DNA of 64,000 nt from Yuukianura sp. NJ FZ-2021 (GCA_046563655.1 CM102290.1:11904001-11968000), one strand, 5' to 3'. Counted from the stretch's first letter, positions 13,035 to 27,825 are shown. A program made the numbers and translations. The notes: a model not told the origin generated them from the letters alone.

Positions 13035-14634
13035 ATGCACATAGATGATGGCGACGGTAACTCATCAGAGTCAGAATCAGCAGGAGAAGAAGACGCAGAA
13101 GATGATGGCGCCACTACATGCGACTATTACACTGCCACGGAGAATGATTTCGTTGAAACCTCCATCACCAATTGGTATCAGAATCCTGAGCTGCAGCGCC
13201 TAACTATTCCCACGGCCTTGAAACAACTCCCGCCGAGCGTCGTGAATTACTTGGTAGATGGTACTTTCAACCTACCAAAAGGTGCCGAACTGTCGGGCGT
13301 ACAAAAAGCATCGGCGGAACAGGACGGGGCTAATACTACTGATTCTAGTACTGAAGATTCTACTGACAGTACTGATCCGGAGGATAATGCACTTCCAATT
13401 AAAGAGTTTCTAGAGTTTGAGGAGTTTATCAGTAACAGCGTCGAAGAGTTTGGGGATGCGGTGTTTCCAAAGGTTAATTGGTTCGCACCATTGGTAAGCA
13501 TTTAGCACAGCTATCAAACAAGTGTGCCATATTTCTTAATTAGTCGTCATGTACCTCTGTTATGCTCATCATTTCTTTCTGTTTCTAAGGATGCGGCCTG
13601 GATTGCTTTCAACAAGTCATTGAAGTGTGCCTTAGCTGGCGATGTCTATCTCTTGCTCAAATGCTCAAAGCAAATTACTGATTTGCTTGACAAATCGGTG
13701 TTTAAAGTATGAAATAATATTATCTATTCATACATAGTCATATTTGGCATGCAATATCATGGAAACAACATTTTCAGGCATTTTACTGTGACCTTCTTCC
13801 TCCTCCATCTCTGGTGCTACGAAAGTGGATGGATATTCCTCCTGACCAAGAATTTAGATGCTTTGTCATGAACTCTCGTCTAACAGGTATAATAAAAACC
13901 ATCAACTGCAGGTAGTATGCCGATTATAAGCAACAAATGATACAGTTTCAATTTGCAATGACGAACTTGTCTTACGTTGTCGGAACGTTTTGTTTTAGCT
14001 ATTAGCCAGAGGGATAAGACTGCGACTCACGGCTTTATGAGAGAGGAAGAACTTGCCGGGATTACAGCTCGCGCCATAGTAGAGGACATTCAGCTTTGTT
14101 TTCAAGCCATTTGTGAAGGCTTCAAGGAATTGAAATACTGTAAGTGAACGGCTCACACATTCCAAAATGTAATTTTGATATCGGTTTATTTAATTTATTG
14201 TAGCTGTACCTGCTTATTTAGTAGTTTGTTATGGTTTAGATGTGTTCGACGTCGTTAGACTCGGTCCTAAAAACGTGGTACTGATTGACTTCAACGTTTT
14301 CGGCTGGAAGACCGACCCGTGTCTGTTCACCTATTCTGAGTTAAAGGATATTGCCGACGAAATGGCAAAACCGGACGGAGTGTTCAGCGAGAACAGCCGT
14401 TATGGTATGGAATTAACATTTTTTAAGGGATAAGGTTGAGCAATTCATCAAATTGTACATTAGTCGTGATTTTTGGTTGTCACTGCAGCGCGTTATCCGA
14501 ACATTCCGGGCACTGAAAAGTACGGAAATCCAGTCCTCAAGGTAATCGACCATAACCGCTTGTGGACCCCGCGACTACATCTCAATATCGGTCCAAGCGA
14601 CATCGAGCAATTACCTGCCGGTGCAAACCAGTAA
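13035..14634 (+). CDS. CDC123: Cell division cycle protein 123 (D123 family, eIF2 assembly factor)
   Basis: NWY…TIP; VFPKVNW.AP.DAAWI..N.SLKC…GDVYLLLKCS; LVLRKW…EFRCFV; LIDFNVFG..TD..LFTY.EL. Spliced exons stay in frame to TAA 14632-14634. Confidence 0.88.
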
Positions 14635-15463
14635 CCTCTACTCGTCAAATGCAAAATATTATGTGTACAACGTACAGCGAAGGAGCCATTCATTACGTAA
14701 TACGTAATGACTACTCTTATTCTAATGATCTACAGACGTTCAGCTCCAACTCAACTACGAGTTTAAGTCAAAAAAATATCCGATTTAATTAGTTCCCATT
14801 AATCTTATGTATCTTTCCTGCAGATTGCAATTGTCTAGTGCCTTCCGTACTTTGTAATGTTAAGGTTATCTTAGCCGTGTTACTATTCCGATGTTAATAA
14901 TCTTACCTACAGAACTAAATTAAACAAAATCTATAAACCCAGCAAACAATGTAACGACGAGGAGGAATTCGGAAATTCTTCAACTAAATTTTACACTCAT
15001 CACAGATAAACCCTTGCGTTTCGGTTGACCGTACCTAACTACTAGGTGCAGATGTGTTTACTATCTGTCTTACTCTATAATTTTGAAGAGATATAAAACG
15101 CTAATCTTATGAAGACCGGTAACAACTAAAGTGATTGATCGGAATTGTTGGGTAAGGTGTGTTAAATAGTAGCAGCGCCGTGACATAAAGAAACTTAAAC
15201 TGAACGTAAATCTATCAACCTCCAACAGGAATAGCCCTCTCAGCACCCATTTCATTTATCGACACAAATTTAGAATTGTAGTTACTAGTACTCAGTTTTT
15301 CGATTGATGTTAGGTTGCTGCTGAGATTACGTTAGGTAAAGTATGTATAATGTATGATTTCAAAAGAATAGAAGTGAAGGCGTTGGATGTGGTGGGTTTA
15401 AGAACGTTTAGTAGTAATTGTAGTGCCGGATCAAAAAACGTGTTGTATACGATTCCGTAGGAA

Positions 15464-16388
15464 TTATGAGGCAGTTGGCGGCATTGGTGGCTCGTAACTT
15501 GGATCCTAAAGGAAATATACATAACTTATGAAGTTTACCATGAATATGAAATCAATTCAAAACAGCTGATTGTACAACTTACGGTGGGATCACGGCCTTT
15601 TCCTGTCGGTGGAGTTGTGCGACCTGGGCGCAAAAAGAAGAGCATAATTGCCAACAGGAACCAAAATCCAATGAAGAGCATTCCCATGCCATCAGCTCCA
15701 CCGGCTCCCCCTTGACCTTGACCTACATGGAACCACATCAATTACGTTACAATCATCTGACCCCACGTAATATCCCAGCAAGGTAACACCGTTTTGATTA
15801 GGAATATGTGATGGTCTTACCACCTTCCGTGAGACATTCATTTTCCGTGCAATAATCTTGAGTTTGGCGAATCTGTGGACAGAAACAAAGTCATTACATT
15901 TTGAAGCAGTTTTTAGTAAAGATTAAGGAGATTTAGTAAAGATTTTACAATTAACATTAAAACTTGGCTTTAAGACTGGCAACCTGCCTCTGTACATGTG
16001 ATTTCCCAAACAGAACATCGCATATGTTGGGTTGCTGATACGCTGACGTCGCATTGAATAGGACGTGACGCCTACTAAATAGCATAAATAGCAGTGATTG
16101 GCATAAAAGTGATGCTCCTATTTCACCAAGGTCTCGTCAATGCTTTTATTTCCCATTATGCATTAATCGATCACTTGTCCAATAAAATGCATCTTTAAAC
16201 TCATTTTCTAATGTTTGTCCAGACTAAAGATTGCCAATCTTGAACCCAAATGTTTGTCAAAGTAGTGACCCACTTCCTTATTTTCATTTCGTAATTTTGC
16301 TTACCATGTTAATGAGTCGTCTGGTGGCCAATTCGTGTGACCAGACACATTCACATCCGTCAAATGATCCGCTATCGTCTCCGTCCAT
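15464..16388 (-). CDS. SMIM14: Small integral membrane protein 14 (DUF2615 family)
   Basis: MDGDDSGSFDGCECVWSHELATRRLINM | IRQTQDYCTENECL | TM segment MLFIGFWFLLAIMLFFLRP | Pro-rich tail DPSYEPPMPPTAS*. Matches the SMIM14 CEC..SHE..RRLIN..RQ.Q.YCT..EC signature. Confidence 0.88.
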
Positions 16389-19300
16389 ATTTGGCAGTTA
16401 TGTAGCTGGGCTTGGAACCTTGAAGCTACAAGTATCGAATGCGGACCCTTACGACTGCTCTTCTAAACGAAACCTGTTCAAACAAATGAAACCAAAATTA
16501 ACTCAAGTTGAATTATTGAGGGTTAGAAATGCTATCAAATTATAGCATCAGCATAGGTTGAATTATTCTAAATCTACTAGAATTCCTGTACCAGCAAACG
16601 TAAAGTGTTTACCAGCTGTTCATCGACAAGTCAGTGTAAACGTAAACTACACCGAAAAAGTTAAACCTACGTTAAATAACGAATGTAAAAATGATGTAGT
16701 ATACAAAATGGCGTGTTTGTAGCTGTAGGACAGAGGGTGAAACGTTATCTGCTCTCCTTGTGGCCTGTATATTCTTCTAGTGTAAAATTGAGGTTAAAAC
16801 GTTAAAAACATACCTGATTGGCCTCTGAGTTAAGAACAGATGGAGACTGCAAGCAACTGATCGACGTTTGTTTCCAGATGAAGTTCTTCTACGAAATGGA
16901 GTAGAAACGGCAACTCTTCTGGAAAACTGGAATGGAGACTGACTTCCTTCCTTTGTTGTATAAATTGATGGTTAGCTAAGTTAGTTCTGTTAGTAAACGA
17001 CCATTTAAATTAAACAACAAGTACCTAGAAGGAGACTGTTCAAGTGATTGGGGGAGAAAAACTACAAAACACAACAAAAAGTGGAGAAGTCCTCAAGTGG
17101 AAAAGTGGCCCCTCTCTGGCTCCCGAGCACGTCCTCGGATACATCAACGACGGTAGCTACAAAGAGCAACAGCATCCGTCTGTCTATGCATGTGCTGTGA
17201 ATTGGAAAAGTTTGCATCGAACTGAAGTTATCACTGCCTCTGAACCTGTTATAATTGCAAAAAGCAAATGAATACATCAAATCGTTTCATTATTGTTTAC
17301 CATTCATTATCCATAATTACGCATATTTGCATAATTACTACACATTGATGTTCTTTCATAAATTTCATGTAAATTATATAAATTATGGTTGAATTTGCAC
17401 TTGAAAGCCTTTGAACTAAAAGGAATGAGTTACTGACTTTATACCGCTTTTTTAAAACTTAACTCTAAATTTAAGAAATTTAAATTAAATTAACTTTCTT
17501 TTTTATAATTCAACATAAAAAAAAGTGGAAAAATAGTGACGCTGCTGGGTTTAATTAAAGAACTGCTACTTCTGAAACAAAATTTACAGTTAAATTAATA
17601 CAATTTTATACCATTGAGTGATACGATTTGTACAACCACTTTCAACTTTAATTATAAACTTTTGTGTTCTCGTTTCCAAATTCCGAGGTTCATCATTTAG
17701 TGTACCGTTGTACAAGTGTAGTGTATATCCACACCATCATTTTACAGTACTTTGGAGAAAATTGAGCTCCTTTCAGTACTTGTCTATAGCGTGGTGTTTT
17801 GTAGGTTAGGTGAAATAAGTGGCAGAGTAACCCACGGCATCCAATTGGTAGCGGAAATCTACACGGCAAGCGCTGATTGGCTCTCAGTTAGCCCACATGT
17901 CACCTTCAAAAACAATAGGATCCACCACCCGAACAGAGAACAATGCATTTTACATCACTTTTCGGCTTTCATAAAGTTATGGTTAACTGGTTCATAAAGT
18001 TATGGTTTTGATTTCAACAGTTTTTGAAAACTATTTTTTTATTACTAAGCCATCACGGTTTCACGGAACTATATTTTTTATTACTAAACCATAGAAGCAA
18101 AAATGAGCTCGGAAGTTAACAGGAATTACCAAAGTTTTCAATGCTAAAATTTCAAAGTTCTTAAAATTGTGCACTTTTTTAAAGAAATTTTTAATTTCGT
18201 ACCAATTTGCAATTTACTAATAACCAAACAAAAAAAAACGTTGTTCTTGTTTAATATAAAAAGAAATGGCCTCCAAAAAACTGCACCGACGCCTCAGTTT
18301 TCTTTAAGTCCCAAAGTCCCAAAGTCATTCACCTTAAAGTTCTCCAACAAAAACGCCCAAAAATTAAATTCAATTAAAAAAATTTTCCCTTGAAATGCAG
18401 CCAACACATTAAAAAAAAAGTTCCAGAGAATGCTTTCTTTTGGAATTTCTTAAAATTAACCCGGCTTGTTACCTTTATTCAAACTGAGTTATAATTATTA
18501 CTTAAGATTAAAAGTTACAATTACTACTAAAATTCTTTCGGTATTTGTCATTTAGCTCCGAGAAAAAAAAATTAAGGCAGACATTGTAATTGATTTCAGA
18601 GTTTGGGAAACACAATTAACACAGATTTTGGACACAAAACTAAAATAAATTTTCGAAAACTAATTCCACAAAGGCGTTTGCTGGCTCGCATTGCTCTGGT
18701 CTTCCAAAAGATTCCCGATTGGTGCGATGTTGTTTAAAGCTTATTAAATTATTCATTAACTAAGCTAACTGAATAAGTGTCTTAAGTTTAGCTCAATTCA
18801 AAACCGTTTATGAGGCACAGAGGAGCTCAGAATTGACAGTTAATGTTAAATTTAGGCTTCTGCAGGAGGCACATTTTCCAAATTTCAACTTTTTTTTTCA
18901 AAATCAAGAAGCACCTTTTCCAAAAAACAAAAATCCTGCCTCACTCAAACCCATTGTTGCACAATTGACAAAATTGCACAATTTGAAATTAAAGTGTAAC
19001 ACTACCTTAACAAAGTCAGTTTAAGTTGGTAAGTGGGTGTTTTAGTCTCAGGGGTTAACATTATAGGTAGTTCATCGTTTCAAATATGGCACCCATATCT
19101 TAAGTTTACAACTTCTAATTAATACTCCAATTAATAATCTCAATTAAATCATAATTACTCTAATATTCTTAAGAGACTTAAAAAAGACAATTGCAAGGTC
19201 ATTGGTTCCTTTGTCTCATTTCCTACACAATTAAGAGTTAAGCATTTGACAAATTAGCTCATTTTCAAGGACAATTCAAAGCGTTTAAGCGTACACTTGA

Positions 19301-19754
19301 GATTACAGAATTAAAATTCGAAAAATTTTTAGAAGAGAGACTTTCAGTAGTGTTAAATTGGAAGGAATTCATTTGGGTTTCACAGTAACGACGTTTTACA
19401 TTAGTATGTCATTCACAGCTCCCCTAACTAACTAACTAGTGATAACTTTTTTTTAGTCAAAATAAAATTAGAAAAGGAAGAAGCAATTCACAGTTAGAGC
19501 AATGAAATAGTAAGCAATTACACTTTTTAGTGCCTTCCGAGGTTAGGAGACGATTGACTAATACCTGAGCGCTTGATACTACTAAAAGTACTTAACTTTA
19601 CAAGCAAAAGTTCACATCATTTTCCATTACTAATCTAAAATGTGTTCGTTTCGTAGTAAGACAATGTACTGGATCAGAATCCGTTCTTCCCTGCCGGGAA
19701 CTTTGGTTTCACCTTTCCTCTAACATGTCAAGGTCACATTGATGACCTCTGACC

Positions 19755-22700
19755 TTAACCGTACAGCTTCTCAAAGCAACTGTGACAGTACGGCTTGTCA
19801 TTTTGTTCCTTGAAGATTCCCTTGTTCAGTTGTTTGAGGCAGAAAGAGCAGACGAAGTGCTCAGGATGGAATTTCCTATGCATTGCGGTTATGCAACGAC
19901 CTGGAATTCAAAAATTCACTTTTAATTTCCTTAATTAACATTCAGCACTTCAATGTTAGAATCTGACCTTTGACTGCCTTGTGACATCCTGCACAAAGCG
20001 TTCCATGCTTGGCATGGTAGTGTGTATCACAGTACGGTTGACCTTGGTAATCAAAAAATGTTCCTCCGAGGAATGGCTGACGACAATCCTGGAATTATGT
20101 AGAAATCAAAGCCATAATTAACTTCATTGTTTTCATTTTCCATTGTTTTTCCTTCATCACATGAAACCGCGTTCACGCCGCTGCAGAATTTGACGTTTCG
20201 TGGTTTTCAAAAGCACTGCGCATGTGCGAGCCTTACTTCACTCGACACTCATGTCATCCTATTCGCCTTTTCAGCAGTTTTCAATATTTTCTTAACGTCA
20301 AAAACCACATTTCCAATTAGGAATAATTTCAACTTGCTATTCTTTCCCAAGATGCCATGCGGAAATAGTCACACGGTTGTCACCGTGCTTGCCAAATTGG
20401 CAAAGTATCAATTCGTATTGCACAATAGGTAAAAATGGTACAGCATAGTCTAAAACATAAGACTCATCAGGTAAATTCATGCGAATTGAGCACCTATTTT
20501 AAAACTATGATGAACGCTCCTGTTCTTGTTCATTGTGAACTTTGAACAATTCTCCGAGAAGTGAAGCTAAGCTTTTCAGCGTCTTGTACTAAACTTTTAA
20601 TGATTAACAGCAGTATACATTTCATGTACTACTAATGATCAGTGGTGCAAAGCTTCGTTGCAAATCCACAGAGTTTACCAAAAATAACCACAGTGGCTAC
20701 ATAATAGGACAAACACTGTTCACCTATTTTTAGAACAGGCAAAAACAGATTCTCAGCAGTAACATGGCTGTAAATTTTTGCAAAAATCCAACAACCGACT
20801 CTCATGATGGTGACATTCCAGCGGTGGTGACACGTTTTTGGACATTGTGAACTTTACACAAAAAGTTTACCCGAAAATACACAAAAGTACAATGCACCGT
20901 TAATTTACGCACTTTGCACTTCCGTGACACACTAAAGGTCAAGGTCATTCCAAAGTCATTTGAAAAAAAAATCAAGAGACTGTGTTCTACTCTACGGAAG
21001 TAAACAAAACGTTAACTTTTAAAACCTTCCTCTCATTTTTCATTTTTTGTTTTGTTTTGTTTTTTTATTGTTTTTTTTTTTTTGGGCTTTGTAGCCTTTA
21101 TTTTGTTTCACACGAACGTGTAAATAAAACCGATTTTTATGATTCGTTAAATGCAAAAGAACCAGACAAAAAAGAACCGAAAATTCGGAGGTTAAGAGGG
21201 TTAAAGGAACGTGCAAATGCATTTTCACGCAAATTAAGGTTTCTTTTTTAGATCAAATTATTTATCATCCGATTTCCAACATCCGGGCATCATCAAGATC
21301 ATCATCATCATCATGTGAATATTGTCCGTCCTCGCACCATCAAATTTTTAGAAGTCAATTTCAAATTTCAAATTCTCAGATTTCTCCAATTCTAGAATCA
21401 GAAACTAGGTCATCGATTGCAGACAACTTGGTAGAAAAGTTCCGAAATGCTAAAATTTCAGAGTATTCGGAAATTACATTAGTTAAAAGCGTTCCAGCGA
21501 CAAGTGTGTGTAAGGTCAAGCAGGTCAGTCCTCTTCCTCTTCCTCATCTTCGTCTTCCTCGTCATCATCATCTTCCGTGATGCCCAAGCACTTTGAGCAA
21601 ACCGGTTTCCCCTCAACAGTGTAAAACGAGGACCCACCGAACGACTTCTTACAATCCTAAACGTAGGTGGATCATCCCGAAAAGTGTAAAAGTTACATTA
21701 GCCTATCCCTAGCCCTCTCCCGCGCCCCCTTGACCCCGTGACCTCTTGCATGTCATAACTTACCCGACAAACAAAGCACTCAGCATGCCACTGAGCATTC
21801 AAGGCCGTGATGTAGTTGTCCGTAATAGGCTTTGCACATCCTCCGCACTTTGGTGCAAATAAGGCCAAGTAGTCTGTTCGGCAGTACGGTTTGGAGTCTT
21901 TCTCATGAAATCCATCTTGGCCAAACTGCTTTCCACAGTGGGCACAGAAAAAGTGTTCCGGATGCCAGTTCAACTCCAAGGCAGTAATGCATTTCTAAAG
22001 AAAAAAACGAAATTCCGATTATCCAAAAACTTAAACTTCAAAAACTAAGATTGAATTACATCCATAATGGGTCCATTGCAGTAGGCACATCTCGGAGAGT
22101 ACAATTTGTGGTAGTCCTCCTCACAGTACGGTTGACCTTCACGTTCATAGAAGCTCTTTGAGCCCAATTCCTGACGACAGTGGGCACAAGTGAAGTGCTC
22201 CGTGTGCCACGTCTTGCCCAGGGCAGTCACCACCTCCATTTTCAAAAAACACAAAAGTTAAATCATTCCCGCCAAAAACTACTTGATTAACCTTTGACCT
22301 CTGAAACCGACCTGGCCCACAATTGGCTTATGACAAGCAGCACAGACGCCTTTCTGAGTAGCACTAACTCCTTGTTTATCCATGCTCGCCTGGAGGTTAC
22401 CAAGCATAGAATCCAACTGCTGCTGTTTTGGTTGCTCAACCGCTAAGGGCTCCTGCCGATCCTTCGTCTATCAACAAATTAACACTTTACAATTAATCGA
22501 TTAATTAAATAATAATAATTATCACATAATAATAATTAAAGCTAACAAATCAATGTATAAAGCCAAGTAACACTGCAGAAACTAATAATATTTTTTTAAC
22601 AACATTAATTGCTATCCCTCCCAGTATCTCCCCCCATACAATTTCCAAATTTTCAAATTTCCAACTCGTTCCTGCGTTGTATCGACAATTGGTTTGTAAA

Positions 22701-25700
22701 ATTTCAAAAATCCCTCCAAAATTCTACACCCAAAAATCTAGATTGCCCTGCCATACGCAAATCCAACTCCAGCCCTTAAACCTACCAAAGTAAGTCCCGG
22801 TCCCTTAGCTTTTATGAAAAGCGAAAGGACTAGCTTCAAAACCGAATCAAATCTATAGAAAATTGTTGTAAATCGTTAAATTTTCAAAATTTTCTACAAA
22901 ATTTGAACAGTCTAAGGAGCGACGAAGTGGGACCAGCGGCTGACGCGGTTCGAATGAGAACTCTACTGTGGCTCCGGTTGTAAGAAATAAGGAATTGAGT
23001 GGGCTCTCTGCCCACGCCAACTTTTTAGAACAACGTTAGAATCGACTGAGCCAGTTAGGCTTTAGAAGGTAGTTGCAGAACTGTAGGAGTCACTGGCTGT
23101 TCTAAAAAAGTGAAGAAACGTAAATCCTTGGAAATATAGGTATGAACATGGCTAAATATCAAATTGAGATGAGAATCATCAACCACCCCTCCCATCTTCC
23201 ACTTTCCAAAGCCATGTTCCAACTTTTTCTAGATTCTAGAATTGGCTGGCTTCCTTTGGAACGATCAGATCCACTTTCACTAGCCAAATAGAACTCTATA
23301 TCTACAAGCCATAACTCCTTCACAAGTTTTTCTAAATAGTCATTACAATTTGGAACAAGTTAGAAGCTGAACAGTATGGAGCAGATGTCAGAGTGCTTTC
23401 CTTGCATCATGCCTGTTACTGTTACACGTTTCCATCCATATGAAATTCCGGCTGAAACAACGACTTTTAGCTTTCTACAAATTTTTTATAGGTAAAAAAT
23501 GATTTTGTTAAACATGTGGGTTTCTCACCAGAAGTCAAAATTCAACATTTTTTGAAATTTTGAAGGAAAATAACTGGTTTAATTGATTTAAATTGATTTT
23601 AACTCAAAACTTAAAAACTGGAATCGTATTCGTTCGGCTCGGCCTACCATTAGAGTCTCATCCTACTTTTCCAAATTTAAACTTTTGAGAGGATCGAAAT
23701 TCCTGTCAAATTTACAAACTAACTTTCAGGTTAAAAATAACAAGCCCGACTTTAACTCCTTTCCAATTTGGAATTGGTTTCGGACTACTGCAAATTTGAG
23801 CCAATTTCGATGTTTTAGATTTTCGACGTTTTTTCCCTACTTTTTGTAAAGTTTCAAACTCTTCGTAGTCCAACATTCAAAATTTTATAGCGCTGGATTA
23901 TAATTTATTAGACTTTGAGCAGCCATTTTGTGTCAAAATAGCTTTTTTAAGTTCTACAAAACTTGCATTCCTGGAACGAATCCTAATCCCACTCAATTTT
24001 TCAAACAGTTCGCAGTGGCCCAGAACCTTCTTTCGTTTGTATATCATTCACCACTAATATTTCCATTACCACCCCCAGCCAATCAAGACCCACATCGCGG
24101 CGTCCAACAAAAGTGCTACCGCTGGAGTTTCAAATTCTCTTTTCTTTGTAAGCGGGCCGTTTTAAAACAAATATTGAAGCAAAAGAGGTTCTGTTGGCGA
24201 TGGGCTGGAAAATGTTGAGAGTAAAAATGGCGTTTAAGCGATGACAGGCTGAATGACACTCCAAAGACATCATCCTCGCTACTTCGCCTCTTCAATCTAA
24301 ATCCAAGAAGGCGAACTGTAGTGAGCATGTCGTTTTTAAAAAAAGTTGTGGACCAAAGCAAATAGTCAAAGATTCCATCGTCACTGACTACTTTCGTGTG
24401 CCTACTCGTTTTGGATTCTTAAAAAAATTATTTCCATGTCTCCGCTGGCCCACTTTCGAAGTCTTTAAATAAAATCTGGGTATGCTGTTATGCAGCTTCG
24501 AAAATTCAGCTATTGATTCGGCTACGCTCTACCCACCCGATTCCACCTCCTTCTTCACTCGTCAAACTAATTCGAAATCTAGTGCCACATTCATTGGAGT
24601 GGAACCAGAAGAAATCCTATAATCATAAAAGTATCATGTTCACAACGCTTCTGCGCCTAGACTTCAAATTAACTGTGAACTGCCAGCTACTATTGCCATG
24701 CTTGCCCTCTTATGCCATTTCGGTCTTCATGGTAAGTGTTCACGTCAAAATTTTGATCTCTTACGTCCGAAAAGTCTGAAAATCACCTAAATATGCACAG
24801 TATGTTCGTGCACCGTACACGCTTAAACTTGGCCACGGCTCCTAAATTTTCGAATCTGACTGTTTTGAATCCTCTTGCATCATCAAAATAAAAAAAAATC
24901 GCTCATTTGATCGACTGACAAAGGTGTTCGGCAGAAATGTCCAAAAAACGCTTTCGGACGGACGACCGAAATGGGACTGAAACGGCCATGGCAGTAATAT
25001 GTGGTTAAGATATTACTTTTAAAAATCAGGTAATGGCTATTGGTGAATATTTTAAATCAACTTAACGCACCTTAGCCTCGCTGAGTGACGCCATGAGGTC
25101 ATCCAATTCTCTGGTGGCTGGTGAGGCCGAAGGTCCAAGAAATGTTCTTTGAATCTTTCGTTCTACCGTAATTCTCGTCTTCCCATCAGTTGTATCATCT
25201 CTACAAAATCAAGAAAAACAAGAAGTTACAACACCACTGCAGTGTAGAAATTCAACAAACAAAAATTAAGTTGAAATAAATTACCGGACGGATAAAATTC
25301 ATTCAATTCAAATTCGAAAACGAAAATTAAACTCAGAATTATTCTCAAGAGCGGCATACCAAACACGATACAGTATATTGCGTCAGAGCACATTTCAATT
25401 GAAAATCATTCGGAATGCAGGTAGATCGTTACTTAAATTACCGTAAATATTCCATGAACTTAAACTACAAACAAGAACATTCTATTTTAAAAGTGTAAAA
25501 TAACTTGATTTCATCGTTAAAATGAAATTATGTTATTTTACACCTTTAATGAAATAGAATTCATGTCTGTAGTTAACAACATTTTGCAAGTATAAAAAAA
25601 ACTCTAAAATTGAAGTTGAAGTTAGCTCTGGAAAACTGCAAGTTGTAGTGCGTTATTCATATACGGCAATGGAATCAGTATTTGCTGCGTTGCCCATGTC

Positions 25701-26693
25701 AAGGTAAACAGAATCGATTCGTCCCAAAAGTTTTCATTTGTCGACTTGGATTGAATTCTAAACATGAAGTGTGTCTCTTCCTTCCGGTAATGGTAATCCG
25801 AATCGTCGAGAGTAAACGTAATTACCCATTCAAGTCATCCAGGAGTGTGTCCACTGGAGGGCGTTCGAGACTTCCCACAGAAGATCTTGACGTTGGACGA
25901 TTTCCATTTGACACCAAATCTAAAACCACAAACATAGTAATAAATTCCGAACCAATGCTTTTAAATCTCTCAAACACTGAAAACTGTTTGAAGTACCTCT
26001 GCTAGACTGTGGTGAATATGTCTGGCGTGGTTGATTTTGGTAGTGCTGATGACCCAACTTTGAATTTGAACTTAAATCCTGGAGCAGACTATCCAGCTCA
26101 CTCATGTTGCCCGTATTCCGAATTACTGGGCTGTCGGAGCGATAGAGCGTTTTAGTCGTAGTCGTTTCTCGAATTGCATCTCGGTTGGGTGTTAGCATCT
26201 GGAAATGGAATATTCACACCAAAAGTAAATAAAACAAATCAACATCAGCTTCTTCTCTTGAGCGTGTCAGAAGTCAAACGCCTTCAAATTCCTTCCATTT
26301 ACAACAAAAAATGTAATTTTTTAACTTTGAAAAAAGAAATTCAAATGAAAATGAAATTTGGAAAATCTCCGGAGATTTCAAAATTCCATTCTCAAAATTT
26401 CAACTTCGCGTTTTCCAGCGTGTGCCACCAACCTCTGATCTAAAGTTCTGAAAAAATGTCTTTTTTTTTGTTTAAATTTCGTCTGAACCACTTTCTAAAA
26501 ATCAAAAATTTTATTTTGTGCTAATAATTTTTCGTCTTACGTTCCGTTCCACGTTGTAGTCGAAAGTTTCTGAGTGTTTGGCGAGGGAAGACGACGTGCC
26601 ATTGTATGGTGACGAGCCGTACCCACTTGACCGACTAGTTCCACTTCCTCCTGGACCAGAAACAGCAGTCTGAAGATCCGCCAACAGAGCGTC
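19755..26693 (-). CDS. Pax: Paxillin (LD motifs plus four LIM domains); first coding exon lies further upstream
   Basis: LD motifs ALLADLQ (~26690), [31 protein letters not shown] and [13 protein letters not shown]1-LIM4 exons at ~22380-19755 end [10 protein letters not shown]. Confidence 0.95.
21525..21656 (-). CDS. Alternative paxillin terminal exon: second half of LIM3 plus acidic tail
   Basis: tttag|GATTGT… reads [43 protein letters not shown]. Same phase and same DC start as the canonical LIM3b exon beginning at 20088. Confidence 0.85.
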   Translation of the reverse strand, partial: DCKKSFGGSSFYTVEGKPVCSKCLGITEDDDDEEDEDEEEEED

Positions 26694-27825
26694 TGCAAGA
26701 AAAAAAAATCAAACATTCAACACCTTCAAGATTAACAAAATTTTGCAAAGATTTTGAAGATAGACTCGAAATTTTCAGCTCAAAGTTATAGGTCACCATT
26801 TCCTCATCTTTTCCCTTCTAAAACAGTACAGCCTAAACAAAAATAAACAAACGCCTATCTTCAATCAACTTTTTAAAAATTTATGAGCCAAGGTCATGTC
26901 ATGTCAGAACACTTCCGAACACAACACAAACTTTTAGTACAAAATTTGTACTACAAATTCCCGTCTTCAACTATTTCCAAGTCCAAATCCACTAAAAGTC
27001 AATTTAATTTGTTCATTCTCGAACACTTCCCCATTCCATTCCTAAAATCTCCAAAAATTTCCATTTCGAAATCCAAATTCTGCCGAATTAGCACAGCCTA
27101 ACATATTTTTAGAGAACATAAACCACCTTAGCTCATAAGATTAAACGAAAAAAGTTTACGGAAGCCGTCAATCCGCACGCGCAGCTCACCTTGAGTAGGC
27201 ATTTCCCTAGACAGCGTACTGCTACTCCAAAAGTAGGAAATTTTTCAAAATGTTCCAAAAATTCCAAAAATTTAGCAGAAACACAAACAACTAATCCCGT
27301 CCCGTTAGTTTCTTTCAAATGGAAACTAAATCGCTAAAAACCTATTTGAAGCAATAACAATTCCTGAACAGTTAGGTTATGCGTTTGGACCACTGCCAAA
27401 TTCTGTTCCGATTGACTTCAAGTACTGATCTGAGGTTGGAATCAATTGTATCTTCTCAAAAACTTAACTGCATCTCAAGACCTTAAAAATTTTCCCTTTA
27501 GCAAACCCAAACAAAGCTTTACTTCAGAACCAGTCCACCTACGCATCAACGCCTTCAAATCCAAGTAGTTTCTTGGCTAAAAGTCCAACTCCCAAAAATT
27601 ACAAAGAGTGAGACCAGAGCTAGACAATTTGCCACGAAATCCACTTGGACAGCATCAGCATCATCAATTTCAAACTGACCAACCTCCACCCACACATTTC
27701 CTCAGAAGCATCATAATCACTACAATTGCTAATCAACAAAGGCACACAGATCACATTCCAACATACTTTTTTACGTGCCCAAGAAACAGTCATCACTAAC
27801 TAATATCCGCCCTTCCTTCACAGTC

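Noticed and set aside
15960..16200. Possible snoRNA in the long SMIM14 intron
   Set aside because: Several weak hairpins, but no convincing H/ACA or C/D box arrangement by eye
16878..17271. Plus-strand ORF fragments upstream of SMIM14
   Set aside because: Interrupted by stops and unrecognisable; they overlap probable SMIM14 5'UTR exons on the opposite strand
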